NCBI RefSeq assembly: GCF_006345805.1
Contig: NC_043000.1
Coordinates: forward strand, 112,406,001-112,470,000
From: Octopus sinensis
Taxonomy: Eukaryota
Direction: 5' to 3'
DNA length: 64,000 nt
The notes beneath the pieces are model-generated. The model was not told the origin of the DNA and searched no databases. It saw nothing but the letters and a program-made list of their open reading frames with translations. Each line of letters begins with the position of its first letter. Within the stretch, counting starts at the first letter, position 1. Of this stretch, positions 26,627 to 39,340 are shown in pieces. Both the position numbers and the translations under genes were made by a program.

Positions 26627-26713
26627 GGCATATGGCGTAGTGGTTAAGAGTGTGGGCTACTAACCCCAAGATTTTGAGTTCGATTCCAGGCAGTGACCTG
26701 AATAATAATAATA
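26627..26713 (+). mobile_element. Family-D SINE head only
   Basis: ggcatatggcgtagtggttaagagtgtgggctactaacccc...gacctgaataataat. Confidence 0.85.
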
Positions 26714-26869
26714 AATTCATGAATTTATTTATTTATTAATTTTTTAAATACATATTTTACTTGGGAATTTGTGTGCGTAATCTGGGAATGCATACAATGA
26801 GCTTCTCTGCCCTAGGTGTATGGAAAATATTCGGCGAGAAATGGAAGAAAATTTGAAGAAAGAAGGAAA

Positions 26870-27464
26870 ATAATAATGATAATAATAATAATAATTCTTT
26901 TATTAGCCACAAGGGCTTACATAAAATAACATTAAAAGACATGCAAGAACATTAAAGACAGAAACAGGATGATTCAAAGGGTTTTACTGTGTGTAAACAA
27001 TATAAATAACAATTAAAAATTAAACAAATTAAAGCTCTCAATAGGGGAAGCATTTTAAGATCCTCATGGAAAAACTCACAAAAGCCATGGGTGCCTGAAC
27101 AACAGGGAAATAGCCCTTCTCCTTTGATTTCCTTTTTACAGGTGCACACTCAGAATTGATCCTTTCACGCTGGTCATTCTTCCCACATTCACTCACCTTT
27201 CAACAAACTTGCTACAAGGCAATACCTCCCTCCCCACCCTCAACTTCTTTTTCAAGTGAAACTTGCAAAAGTTGATGAGGGCTTGGCCAAAGAGGAAAGT
27301 GTCTGTTTTTAGCCCTTTCAAATGGGTCCACCATACTACCTCTTTTGCTACAGCCACTAGACAAATAAAAAATTACCTGCCCAAAGGAGGGCAGCAGCGG
27401 AATCTTCACAATGGATTTAGCAGATAGCTGGATTTGTCCTACATGTGACAGCAGGTGTTTGACA
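26870..27464 (-). mobile_element. 5'-truncated Tx1/L1-like LINE remnant
   Basis: Minus strand VAVAKEVVWWTHLKGLKTDTFLFGQALINFCKFHLKKKLRVGREVLPCSKFVER*VNVGRM...SVHL* (stop at 27136-38), 3' UTR with AATAAA and an (ATT)n tail. Clade assignment is from the recalled C-terminal pattern only. Confidence 0.55.
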
Positions 27465-27630
27465 TAATAATAATAATAATATCAGAAAAATACCTTAGGA
27501 ACGAGAACCCAGGTTCGAAATTCCCCCTGGACACTTGATTAAGGCTGGAGAGTATATCAGCTGAAACGTTGTGTTAACAACAAACAAGATGAGGACAAAT
27601 ATCCGTCAAATGTAAATAATGTAAATAATT
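27465..27630 (+). mobile_element. Family-D SINE tail only
   Basis: (aat)n atcagaaaaataccttagg...gaaacgttgtgttaacaac...gtcaaatgtaaataatgta. Confidence 0.85.
27530..27575 (+). ncRNA. Degenerate minimal hammerhead ribozyme motif (core CUGAUGA mutated to UUGAUUA)
   Basis: GACAC ttgatta a GGCTG..CAGCt GAA ACGT T GTGTT: stem I, stem II, palindromic stem III and the GUU triplet are present. Confidence 0.55.
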
Positions 27631-27749
27631 CTGATATTAGCTTTTACTGCTTCTGCCCATGTCTTCCATCACCTTCTGCAGTTTTCTTCTACTCGGGTTG
27701 CTTAGCACTTCATTACCCAACTATCATCGTAGCCTAACCACTAAGTAAT

Positions 27750-28068
27750 TAGCTTAGTGGCTAGGGTATTTCGCTCACAATCGTGTTGTTGCAAGATCGA
27801 TCCCTGGTGTGCATTATGCCCTTGAGCAAGACGCTTTATTTCATGTTACTCCAGTCCACTCAGCTGGCAAAAATTGAGTTGTACTTGTAATTGAAAGGGC
27901 CAGCCTTGTCACTTTCTGTGTCTCACTGAATCGCCCTGAGAACGAAGCTAAGCGGTTACATGTCTATGAAGTACTCAGCCACTTGTTAATTTCATGAGCA
28001 GGTTGTTCCATTGATTGAACCAACTAGAACACTTGTCATTGTAATCGACAGAGTGCTAGTTACCATTC
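27750..28068 (+). mobile_element. Family-H tRNA-headed SINE (degenerate); head fragments near 34040 and 54595
   Basis: A-box-like agcttagtgg, cccttgagcaagacgcttt, ctccagtccactcagctgg central domain. Confidence 0.55.
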
Positions 28069-28186
28069 TCCATATACATCACACTTTTCTGTCTGAAATC
28101 TTCTCTCTTGCACTTCTGCAATGGGTTTCTCTTGGAACTAGTTTTTTCTCTCAACTCATTTGTATTTCATTATTCATTCACTCTAA

Positions 28187-28310
28187 GGTGGCGAGCTGGT
28201 GGAATCATTAGCATGCCGGGCGAATGCTTAGCGGTTTTTCATCTATCTCAGTTCAAATTTCGCCAAGGTCGACTTTGCCTTTCATCCTTTCGGGGTCAGT
28301 ACCCAGACTT
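28187..28310 (+). mobile_element. Family-C SINE 5' part
   Basis: aaggtggcgagctggtggaatcattagc...cctttcatcctttcggggtc. Confidence 0.8.
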
Positions 28311-28434
28311 GTTCCAACTGATGTTTGGACACTATATATTTCTCTATTAAATATTCATTAATATTTGGGAATGGTTTGTGTGCATGCCATCAAAATCTTG
28401 TGTGTAGGTTCATAGATATTGTCATTTATTACCA

Positions 28435-28810
28435 CCACCACCACCATCTCGTGTCCATTTTCCATGCTGGCATTGGTTGAATGGTTTTGACAGCTGCAGA
28501 GCTGCATCATGCTCTCTGTCAGACTTGGCATAGTTTCTAAGGCTGGATGCCTAGGGTGTAGTGGGTGCTTTTTATATGGTACCAGGTCAGGTGAGGTCAC
28601 CCAATAACATGCAAGGTAGGAAAGAACAAGAGAAACGAATGAAAAGAGGGTGAAGGGAAAGCCCTCTTGACTAAGTAGGGACTGTTTGAAAAAGGGGTAA
28701 GGAGGTTGTATGCCAGAGACAAGTAGAGGTGTCTTGCTGTGGAGAAGGTACATGGTTACCCCACATTTATATAGGGGTGGCTGGGAGTATCTTGGAAAAG
28801 GGCAAGATGG
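28435..28810 (-). mobile_element. Family-A' copy
   Basis: Shared core and purine-rich extension (gtgtcttgctgtggagaaggtacatggttacc). Confidence 0.65.
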
Positions 28811-29049
28811 TAGTAATGGTTTGCCTGAGCAAACCCGTCAGGAAACAAGAGCTGATACAAACAGTGGATGAGGATGGGATAATAATGGATGGTAAAATAT
28901 TTGGGTAGAGGTCAATGTGGTAAATGATGAACTGGAGTGGAGGTGTGGCTGTGTGTGTATATTTGTGTGTATGCATGTATATTTGTGTATGTATGTATGT
29001 ATGTGCATGTGTATATAAGCATGTATGTGTGTGCGTGTGCACATACACA

Positions 29050-29455
29050 CAGGCGCAAGCATGGTTGTGTGGTAAGAAGCTTGCTTCCCAACCACATGAT
29101 TCAGGGTTCAGTCCCACTGCGTAGCACCTTCAGCAAGTGTCTTCTACTATAGCTTCAGGCTGACCAAAGCCTTGTGAGTGGATTTGGTAGACAGAAACTG
29201 AAAGAAGCCTGTTGTATGTGTGTGTGTGTGTGTGTGTGTGTCTTTGTGTTTGTCTTTCCCTTCCACTGCTTGACAACCGGTGCTGGTGTATATATGTCCC
29301 TGTAACTTAGTGGTTCAGCAAAAGAGACCAATAGAATAAGTATCGGGCTTTAAAAAGGAAAAAAAGTACCAGGGTTGAGACATTTGACTAAAGATTCTTC
29401 AAGGCAGTGCCCCAGCATGGCCACGGTCTGATGACTGAAGTAAAAAAAAGTAAAT
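29050..29455 (+). mobile_element. Family-B SINE
   Basis: Head, (TG)n and tail present. Confidence 0.85.
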
Positions 29456-29811
29456 GGTAGATATATATCTGTATGTGTGTGTATATATGTACATTTATGT
29501 GTGGTGGTGTGTGTATGTGTCTGTATAAGTTCATTAGTGTGTGTGACCAAAGCTCTAACCTCAAACCATTTGACCCTCATTACACTGCCACCACCTTACC
29601 TATCTCTCACACCACCCACCTTTTGGTAACTCATGCCTCTTACTACTCCTCGCATCAGCTTTTCCTTTCTTAGCACTCCTTCTTAGGCCACACCTCACTC
29701 TTTGTGGCTCCCATTCACCACTTCCTCACCTACTTCCTGTTTGCATTATAAATATATCAGGTATTTACCTGGGTTTTTTATAAACCATTCAAATTACCTA
29801 AACCACTAACT

Positions 29812-29842
29812 TTGTGTGTGTCCATATGTGTATGTCTGTGTT

Positions 29843-29889
<47 letters not shown>

Positions 29890-29895
29890 ATATAT
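29812..29895. repeat. (TG)n(TA)n(CA)n microsatellite
   Basis: Direct inspection. Confidence 0.95.
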
Positions 29896-30287
29896 ATATA
29901 TATATATATTTATACACACACACACACACACACAGAAGTCAGAGAGACAGACACTTGTATAGAATATTTTTTTTATTTATCACCCTCATACTCTCTCATA
30001 GTCTGGCTTCGGCTATCTGGGGCGGGGCGAGGAGAGCGGAATATGGGAAGTGAGGTTGAATCTGAGAGAGAGAAAGGAGTGAAAGATAGTGTGAGTGTGT
30101 GTGGTTAAAGTGTGAGTAAGGTGGGAAGAAGAGGGTGTGCTTTTGTGTTAGAGAGGGAGAGAGAAGAGGAAGTGTTTAATATTCCTACACATCTTTCTAT
30201 CCACACATACACACACCCTTCATAAAATTATGGTACTGTCTTGTGTGCCTTGGACATATACTATTAATTCCTTATCTATATATATAG

Positions 30288-30690
30288 TCGCAGGAGTGGG
30301 TGTGTAGTAAGAAGCTTGCTTACCAACCACATGGTTCTGAGTTCAATCCCACTGCGTGGCATCTTCTATTATAGCCTTGGGCTGACCAAAGCATTGTGAG
30401 AGAATTTGGTAGACGGAAACTGAAAAAAGCCCATATATATATATATATATATATATATGAAACTGAAAGAAGCCCATATATATATATATATATATATGTG
30501 TGTGTATGCATGTATTTGTGTGTCTGTGTTTGTCCCCCTGACATCGCTTGACAACTGATGTTGGTGTGTTTACGTTCCCTGTAACTTGGTTCGGCAAAAG
30601 GAGACCTATAGAATAAGTACTAGGCTTACAAAGAATAAATCCTGGGGTTGATTTGCTCCAGCATGGCTGCAGTAAAAGAATAAAAGAATA
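30288..30690 (+). mobile_element. Family-B SINE with a duplicated gaaactgaaagaagccc(AT)n block
   Basis: Block at ~30416-30458 is repeated at ~30459-30496. Confidence 0.85.
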
Positions 30691-31431
30691 TCCCAGGAGA
30701 GAACCACTGTTCTGCTCTGTTGGTGAGGTTTCTCTGAAACGAGTTTAATTGTCTAATATTTTCCTAAATCCATTTCATCGCTACTCTCTCTCCATCAATC
30801 AGGCTAATGTTAATATGATTAGTATGGTTACTTTCACCCTTTATCGAAATTGATTTGTACAGTTCACCATCTGACATATTTTATAATTACGTCATTTACG
30901 GACTTAATTAGTTATGAGTCTCTTCTTAATTAGTTATTCTTTTCATTTAGCATGTAAATTTCAGCTTAAGCAATTTCGCTGGCTGAATAGCAGCCACCCT
31001 CTCTACTATCTCCAATTTCTTAACTGACCATAATCTGTTTTGTCTTTTTTCCCCCCACTTGACTGACCACTGAAAAATATTTATGGAGTTTTGGAAATAC
31101 TCTCTGGAGGCTTCTGGCCCTGATAAATCTATCGAGCATTTTGGAGAGGATATTTTTTATATGACAATTCGTTTAATCTGATGTAGCCTTGATCCAGTAA
31201 ATCTACGAACAGAGATATTCAAGCTGTAACAATCCTATCTTTTTTTTTTTTGGTTTTTGTTTTATTTTGCATAATGTATCTAGGATTACATAATTTAATG
31301 TGTCTTTGATTATAGTGTGTGATTAAGGGAAATTTATCTATTTTTTTCCAACAGTTCAAGTTTTTTTGCTCTCATGGCTACTCAAATGAGCAGGTGAAAT
31401 AATGACATAAAAATTTTTTTAATTGTTCTCA

Positions 31432-31815
31432 GGTGCAGGCATGCTTGCTTCCCAACCTCATGGTTTTCAGTTCAGTCCCACCGCGTATCACCTTGGGGCA
31501 AGTGTCTTCTATTATAACCCTGGGTTGACCAATATTTTGTGATTGAATTTTGTAGATGGAAACATTGGTAGCCCATTGTTTGTGTGTGTGTGTTTGTTTG
31601 TCACCCTCTCCATTTAACAATGGGTGCTGGTTTGTTTACGCCCCCTGTAACTTAGTGGTTCAGTAAAAGAAAATGATATAATAAATACCAAACTTAAAAA
31701 AACAAACCAAAAAAAAATGTGCTGGGATGAGGTGGGGGCAATTTGTTTGACTAAAACCCTTCAAGTCAGTGCCCCAGCATGGCCATAGTTCAGCAATTGA
31801 AACAAATGAAAGATA
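31432..31815 (+). mobile_element. Family-B SINE
   Basis: Head with a short deletion, body and tail. Confidence 0.8.
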
Positions 31816-32062
31816 AGATTTAATTATGTATTTCAGAATATTTTTTGCTTTGCTTCCTTATCTATAATTATAATATAATTTAACATTTATACTTAAGGTG
31901 TTAAAACTGCCCTTAAACTGTGCCCCCCTTCTCCCCGTTGCTTGTAACTACCCCTAACATGATGGGAATGGGGCTTTATGGGAGTGTTTACCTGTGAAAC
32001 AGTTGCTACCGAAGAGGTCCTTGCTTAATTATTAATCATCTTGAAATAATTGAAGAAATAGT

Positions 32063-32460
32063 TGTAGGTGTGGCTGTGTGGTAAGAAGCTTGCTTCTAGA
32101 CCACATGGTTTTGGGTTCAGTCCCACTGTGTAGCACCTTGGGCAAGTGTCTTCTATTGTAACTTTGGGCCGACCAAAACCCTTGGAGTGGGTTTGGTAGA
32201 CGGAAACTGAAACAAACCTGTTGTGTATGTGTGTGTGTTGGTGTTCTCCATCACTGCTTGATAACCAGTGTTGGTGTATTTATGTCCCTGTCACTTAGCA
32301 GTTTGGCAAAAGAGACTGATAGAACAGTACCAGGCTTTTTTTTACCAAAAAAAAAAAAAAAGTCCTGAGATCCATTCATTTGACTAAAAATTCTTTAAAA
32401 TGGTTCCCCAGCATGGCCATACTCTAATGACCGAAACAAATGAAAAAATAGAAATAAAAG
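32063..32460 (+). mobile_element. Family-B SINE
   Basis: Full-length copy. Confidence 0.85.
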
Positions 32461-32596
32461 ATAAACTTTTACATTAAAATATTACCTGATCTGCTAATAT
32501 CTCAAATATTTATGGTTTTAATTTTTTGAAACTTATTTTTAAAATCAGTTTTAAAAGCTGCTTGGAAGTTTTTCCACAGTTTCCAGATGACATTCA

Positions 32597-32715
32597 TCAT
32601 CATCATCATCGTTTAATGTCTGTTTTCCATGCTGGCATGGGTTTTACGGTTTGACTGGGGTCTGGGAAGCCAGGAGGCTGCACCAGGCTCCAGTCTGATC
32701 TGGCAGTGTTTCTAC
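32597..32715 (-). mobile_element. Family-A 3' part, fused to a family-C copy
   Basis: A sequence ends at ctggcagtgtttctac. Confidence 0.85.
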
Positions 32716-32860
32716 GTTCTGAGTTCAAATTCTGCCGAGGTTGACTTTGCCTTTCATCTTTTTGGGGTCAATAACTTAAGTACCAGTTATGCATTGGGGT
32801 CGTCTGTCTGTCCTTGTTTGTCCTCTCTCTGTTTAGCCCCTTGTGGGTAGTAAAGAAATA
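32716..32860 (+). mobile_element. Family-C SINE 3' part
   Basis: gttctgagttcaaattctgccgagg...tagtaaagaaata. Confidence 0.85.
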
Positions 32861-33372
32861 GGTGTGAAACAATGGAGGAAAGCATGCACACACATGGATC
32901 AGTGCTGATGCTAGACACAAAGCCATCATTGACTGCATTCAGAAAAGAGCTACCCCGATTGATTGGCATAATGTCCCTTAGAGACATGCTTCAGCTTCTG
33001 TCCCACAGGTATGCTGTCTCCTCTGTATGCCTTTTCTACTGTTACTATAATGGCCCCTGGTCTTCACAGCTGGTTGGGCCTAATGCCACTTTCACTCAGG
33101 TGTTCTCAGCCCGTTTACCTCTCTCCTCTTTCCACCACCCTTGTTGTATCTAACCCTCACTCCCCCTGCTGTCTCCCATATTAACCACTACACAGTTCTT
33201 CTTTCTCACGACTTTGGTCTTCTGGAACTCTCTTCTCGACCATGTCTTTCTTGTAAGTCCTGACTTGCAAAAGTTTAAGAGAAATTTTAAAGGCATCAGT
33301 CTCATGAGTCTTGGAGGACCTGCAAAGGACATGATCATTGCTGCTTCCTCCAGACCTAGCAAGTAGAACTGC

Positions 33373-33668
33373 ATCACATCGTCATCATCATCGTTTAACG
33401 TCCGTTTTCCATGCTAGCATGGGTCGGATGGTTTGACTGGGGTCTGGGAAGCCAGGAGGCTGCACCAGGCTTCAGTCTGATCTGGCAGTGTTTCTACAAC
33501 TGGATGCCCTTCCTAACGCCAACCACTCCGTGAGTGTAGTAGGTGCTTTTACGTGCCACTGGCACAGAGGCCAGACGAGGTTGGCAACGGCCACGATCAG
33601 TTGGTGCCTTTTACGTGCCAGGCGAGGCTGGTAACGGCCATGAACGGTTGGTGCTTTTTACGTGTCAC
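33373..33668 (-). mobile_element. Family-A copy (young)
   Basis: Near-consensus with CpGs retained. Confidence 0.9.
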
Positions 33669-34714
33669 CGATCAAAAAAATAAAGAAAAGAAAGAAAGCA
33701 AAAAGAAAACCCAGCTTGCCCCACTCCCCGGTCCACAGTTGAGTGGTTAGTTGCACAAAGGACATATTGTGAGAATGTAGAATTCGTACAAATATAGACC
33801 AACCTCCTGCTGCTGCATTTGTACAATAGAGTAAGTTGCTTTCATCAATATTTATTCGTAGGATCTGGTATGGATGTATGGGATAACTGATTAATAATGA
33901 AATATTAATTTCTCTCTCTTAGTAAGCGTAGAACAATAGTTCTAGCAGGTCAAGCTATGTGGTTGTTGGACATGCTAGAAATAGTTACCAAGTTTCTTTT
34001 AAATTGCTGTCTTGAAAAGATACCTAAGCCTACATTGGGCAAGGTGTGGGCCTAGTGGTTAGGGTTTTGCACTCGAAGATAGGGTGGAAGAGTGGCAGAA
34101 TTGTTGATACATTGGCAAAAATTCTTTATTGTATAGTTTCAGGCTCTCTACATTCTGAGTTCAAATCCTGCCTGCCTGGAGAAGGCAACAAGAAACCACT
34201 TCAGTGTTCTTCCTTAGTCTTGTCATGGAAGCTGAAGTTCCAGTAATCTACTTAACAGTTGGCAGGGGAGAGTACTGGCCCTCCCAGATTGTATAGAAAA
34301 TGTTGGAGAAGGTTCACATGCACAGGACCTGCCCAAGGGCAGACCACCACTAGACTAGACATTGAATAATTAGATACACAATGCTTGAATAAAAAATGGG
34401 TTGGTCATGGCTGGACTTCTTTTTATCATAATTTTATCTTTTTATCATTCTGCAAACATACTGTGGTTTCATTTGGAGCTGAACTTGTGAGATTTATTTA
34501 AATATCTTACAAATGTATATTTTTCTTGTTGTCAGTGTCATCAGTATTGTCCTTTTTAATAGCACCAGTCCACCTGAGACTACTCTACTAATGTGTTCAT
34601 CCTCAATTAAAATCTACATTAGAGGACTTGATGAGGATGCTGGGGTTGGAGGAATCGGTGGAACAGCTGGCAAGGGCGACTGGTGTGTGGTGGTATGGGC
34701 ATGTGTTGAGGAGG

Positions 34715-34945
34715 GACTAGGAGCATGTTCTGAGGAAGGTGTTAGAGTTTGAGGTAAATGGACCGTGAAAGCGAGGTAGACTGAAGAAAAGGTGGAGGAG
34801 GAGATTGGGAGGGTTGGCTTGAGAAGGGATGATGTCCAAAATTGGGCGAGATGGTGTGAGGGTGGTTGCTATGGCATTGAGGTAGATCCAGCCACCCCAG
34901 TTAATGGGGACAAAACCCAGATTTAAAACACTGGATGATGATGAA
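34715..34945 (+). mobile_element. RTE-clade LINE 3' remnant with (GAT)n tail
   Basis: HVLRKVLEFEVNGP*KRGRLKKRW / EEEIGRVGLRRDDVQNWARW (frameshifted), then ggatgatgatga. Second copy at 38315 (-). Confidence 0.75.
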
Positions 34946-35029
34946 TGGATGGTTCTCGATGGCATTCATATGGCCCTTAGGGGTCCATATACGATTTTGC
35001 TGTTGGAATTTGCTATAAATTGGTTATAC

Positions 35030-35204
35030 AGGGGGCAGTTGATTAGATCGACCCCAGTATGCTACTGGTACTCAATTTATTGACCCCGAAAGGATGAAAG
35101 GCGAAGTTGACCTCGGTGGAATTTGAACTCAGAACGTAGTAGCAGACGAAATACTGCTAAGCATTTCACCCGGCGTGCTAATGATTCTGCCAGCTCGCCG
35201 CCTT
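35030..35204 (-). mobile_element. Family-C tRNA-derived SINE (young)
   Basis: Minus strand ggcggcgagctggcagaatc (A box)...gagttcaaattcc (B box)...gcctttcatcctttcggggtc conserved body. Confidence 0.85.
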
Positions 35205-35945
35205 ATTGTTATACGTATCATGAAATACCAGTTTATTAATTTAATACAATATAAAGTTACAGTTATTTGACTAAAAACCTTCCAAAATTTGATTATATTG
35301 AAAAACTGATGCAACCTCATAAGCAGTAGTCACAAAAAAGAATAAAAAGGGAGAAATAGTGTGGGTTGTTAGATAGCCCCTAATGCTTTGCTCTTTATGT
35401 CTAGTTCATTTTTACTTTTGTTCCCCAAGATTGATAAAATAAGTACCAGATAAAGTATTGTTGTCTGTATAATTCCTTAAAAAACCTTGTAGTGCCCCAG
35501 CATGGCTATAGTCTAATGACTTGAAACCAGGAAGAAAATGAAAGAGCACACACACACACACACCACACACACACACGTGCTCAGCACATTTGCTTTTGTT
35601 TTGACTTGTTGCATTTGAAGGTGTGGGTGTGTGTGTCCACCCACCAGGACTTTGCCCATCCCAGGTGGATCAAATTAACGACAACTATAGCCTAAATTCA
35701 CACCTGTAATGCAGCACCTGTGTGTGATGGTGGTGGGAGCAGAGAACTTTATTAATCAGTTGCTTCACACTTATGTACGAAAATTAAATGGCGGTTGATA
35801 TGTTTCAGAGTTTTAGGTCAAGTGACTATGTAGAGGTTCCCTCATTGGCTTGTATGTTTCATATACACCTGGCTGTTATTTAGCCCTAGGTCAGCTCTCA
35901 TCCAGCAAACTTTATGATCAAAGTCAAAATGGTGGAGTTGCTTAA

Positions 35946-36169
35946 CCCTTTTGTTACTGTATTTATTTTGAGATGCTCTGTCAGGTTTCTTTCAATTAAT
36001 TTTCGATCTAACAAAGAATTTAGTAAAATAATTTAGTTATCATTCAGCTAGTGTTAGGAACATAAATTGTGACTAAGGTTTGGTGGAAGATTTTAATTCA
36101 AAACTCATGAAAACAAGACAATTGTACTCAGAGCCAGAGCCGGTTTCAGCCAGGTTGGTAATGAAAGGG
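35946..36169. mobile_element. piggyBac-like MITE family 1
   Basis: TTAA|CCCTTT...AAAGGG|TTAA. Second copy at 7025; a 3' end fragment at 60685-60715. Confidence 0.85.
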
Positions 36170-36842
36170 TTAAGTGTCAGAATGTCTCATGGAATTTCTT
36201 CTAAGTCTGTCCTCTAAATTCAAATAACATTGAGACTAAACTTTACCTTTCATCCATTTGAGGTCAGTTAAAAAAAACTAAAAAAATTATACTAATCCAA
36301 GACCGTGGATTAACTGAACTATCTGCCCTTGCAAAACGTCTTGAGGCTGTTTGTGTTCTGAGAATTGTATCTGCTATGACTCTGGTACTCGGAAGGAGTG
36401 GCCTTTCTCTTGAACCGCATCAGTGGAGAGACTTGCATTCATGGGCAATTGCCAGTCTTCCTCAAAACATCATACCCGCAGCTGTACACACAGAAGCAGC
36501 TAAATGGTCAACCCTGATGGACAGAGGCCCAGTTTATCAAAGACTTTGCAGTGGTGAATATCTTGGGTCTAGAATTACATGATCTTTTCTCTTTTAAAAG
36601 GTTGTTGGATCTGATTCGATGCTTCTTACAAGTTGTGAAACTGCATAGGAACTTGTTCATTGGCTTATGTGTCTGTTTAATAGTGTATCTTGTTGCTGTT
36701 GTTGAGACCCTAACCCCATCCAGTATTTTTTTTTAATTCAGTCATGGTGTATCTAGGACTATGTGATACAATGTATTCTTCCTTTCTCATGATAGTTGGG
36801 CGTGACTTGAGAACGGAGTTGAGGAAATTTTTTTTTTACTCT

Positions 36843-37012
36843 AGGTACAAGGCCTGAAATTTTTGGGGAGGGAACTAGTCAATCAGATCGACCCCAGTAT
36901 GCAGCTAGTACTTAATTTATCAACCCCTGAAAAGGATGAAAGGCAAAGTTGACCTCAGCGGAATTTGAATTCAGAATGTAAAGACAGATGAAATACCGCT
37001 AAGCATTTTGCC
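36843..37012 (-). mobile_element. Family-C SINE
   Basis: Reverse copy, 5'-truncated. Confidence 0.8.
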
Positions 37013-38314
37013 CCAGAAATATTACCTTACTTGGGAACAGGTGGAGGTCGGCAACAGGAAGGGCGTCCAGCTGTAGAAAATGTGCTTCAACGAATTTTGT
37101 CTGACCTATATAATCAGGGAAAATTCGGTGCTAAAATGATGCTAATGAAACAATAAAGATATAAGAACAGTATGTTCTCTTGCCAGACTGACTGACATGT
37201 TAGTAAACAGTTAATGACAGTTTAAAAGATTTGACATTGTAAAGGGCATTGAAGTATGTTTGTGCTGTAAACAGCTCCACACTTCCTTGACAATACTGGA
37301 GACATTTGTCAGACTGAATTAGGTTGCCTTTGTTTCTGTTTACAAGTGAACTTCCCACCCCATATCCATATACATTTGTAGCTATCACCTCACCCTACAT
37401 AAATAACACATGTACATGTACCTATTCAATAAGCTGCTTGCGGTTTGTTAGCAAATTATCAAGCAGTGAGTAATTTAAAAAATGTGTGTATACACACACA
37501 CACACATACACACTCTCTCTCTTTCTCTCTCTTTCATACACCTCACTCTCACACATGTAGATATGCAGACACACAACCATACATTTTTATGATGCAAACT
37601 CACATATTCATAATACATTTATATAAGTCCTCGTCAAAATAATTTGAATATATGTCAGTTTAATGAGAAGAAATTTTGACTGTATACCTCTATATTATCT
37701 ACGAATGAGTCATGTTTTCTTACTTTCATTTGTTTTGCAACCATAATTAACAGACTAATTATAAAACAACTGACTATACGAAATACATTTTGGGAAGTTC
37801 TCAGCCAAAAACTCTGTTCATTGTTCTCGTTTTATCGTTCTTTGAAGCATTTGTTTGAAGAAAAAAAAACAACCACAAACAACACAGAACAAACCTACCT
37901 ACAACAAAATACCAAAAACAAAATGTTTTGGTATTCACCAGTTTTGTCCCTTAATCCTTTTCATACCATCCTACCTGGGACCACCCTTGGATCTGTGATA
38001 TAATTATTTCAAAAACCCTACTTAAAAATGGAAATGTTGGTTTATTAAACCCCTCCAGATTTTGATTCTTTTTATAATTACAGAGCAAGCCTTCTTTTAT
38101 CATACTCTCAATTTTGGTCAACTTGCACCGCAGGGTCTCGGAGGAGATAGTGTTAGTTGAAGGCCACCAAACCTGTCACACATAGACAACTTCAGCTTTA
38201 TATATAGAGAGATTATTATTAGGGATCACCAGGAGTTAAGAGATCCTCTTTAGTTAACTTTGATCATCATCTGTCTTTCATGGCTTTGGATTACAGAACT
38301 TGAACGTCTTCTTG

Positions 38315-38535
38315 TCCAATATTTTGAATCTGGATTTGTCCCCGTTAACGGGGGTGGCTGGATCTACCTCACTCCTACAGCAACTGCTCTCACACCACCT
38401 TGCCTAGTTTTGGGTATCCTCCCTCCTCAAGCTGACCTTCCCAATCTCCTCCTCCATATTATTTTTGGTCGACCTCGCTTTCATAGTTCATTCACTCCAA
38501 ATTCAAGCACTCTCCTCAGAATATGAACCTCATCC
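38315..38535 (-). mobile_element. RTE-clade LINE 3' remnant, same family as 34715
   Basis: Minus strand ILRRVLEFGVNEL*KRGRPK; shares ggtggctggatctacctc with 34715-34945 in the opposite orientation. Confidence 0.7.
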
Positions 38536-39002
38536 CTCTTCGACAAATGTCCATACCACTGCCTTCCATTTGCCCTTGCCAGCTGTTCCACCAATTCCTC
38601 CAACCCAGCATCCTGATCAAGTCCTCAGCCCTCTCATTTGAAAGTGATTTCCCTGCTATTTCTTGCCAGTGGAAACCATTTCATAGAAACTCCCTCTCTC
38701 CCTCCCTTTCATAATATTGATGTCATCTTGAACAGGACTTTTTCATTTCCTACATCATAACTAGCTGCTGACAGTTTGTAGCAGTTGCTGTAGTCGTGGT
38801 GGTGGTGTTGTGTTACCATGACATTTTAATAGTTTACGAGGGCTTTATTGTAGAGACTCCAGTTTGTCATGTTAATTTGTCTTGCTCAGCTTTGCTTTGT
38901 TGTCTGTTATTGTTCTTTAGTATTGACTTACTCTCTTAATCCCCATCACATGTCAGTCTCCATTTAACTGATTTACACAGCAAGAGGATTTCAAATACTA
39001 CA

Positions 39003-39340
39003 TATCATCATCATCATCATTGTCATCGTCGTCATTTAACGTCTGCTTTCCATGCTGACATGGGTTGGACGGTTTGACTGAGGACTGGCAAGTCAGAAGG
39101 CTGCTCTAGGCTCCAATCTGATCTGGCAAAGTTTCTACAGCTGGATGCTCTTCCTAAAGCCACCCACTCTGAGAGTGTAGTGGGTGCTTTTCACGTGCCA
39201 GTGGCACGAGGTCCAATCAAGTGGTACTGGCAATGACCATGTTCAAAAGGTGTTTTTCATGTGCCAGTGAGGCGATGATGGCCACGATCCCGCTCAAACA
39301 GTGCTTTTTACATGCCACCGGACTGGAAACCAGTCAGTGG
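39003..39340 (-). mobile_element. Family-A copy
   Basis: (CAT)n tail, core and 2-3 modules. Confidence 0.85.
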
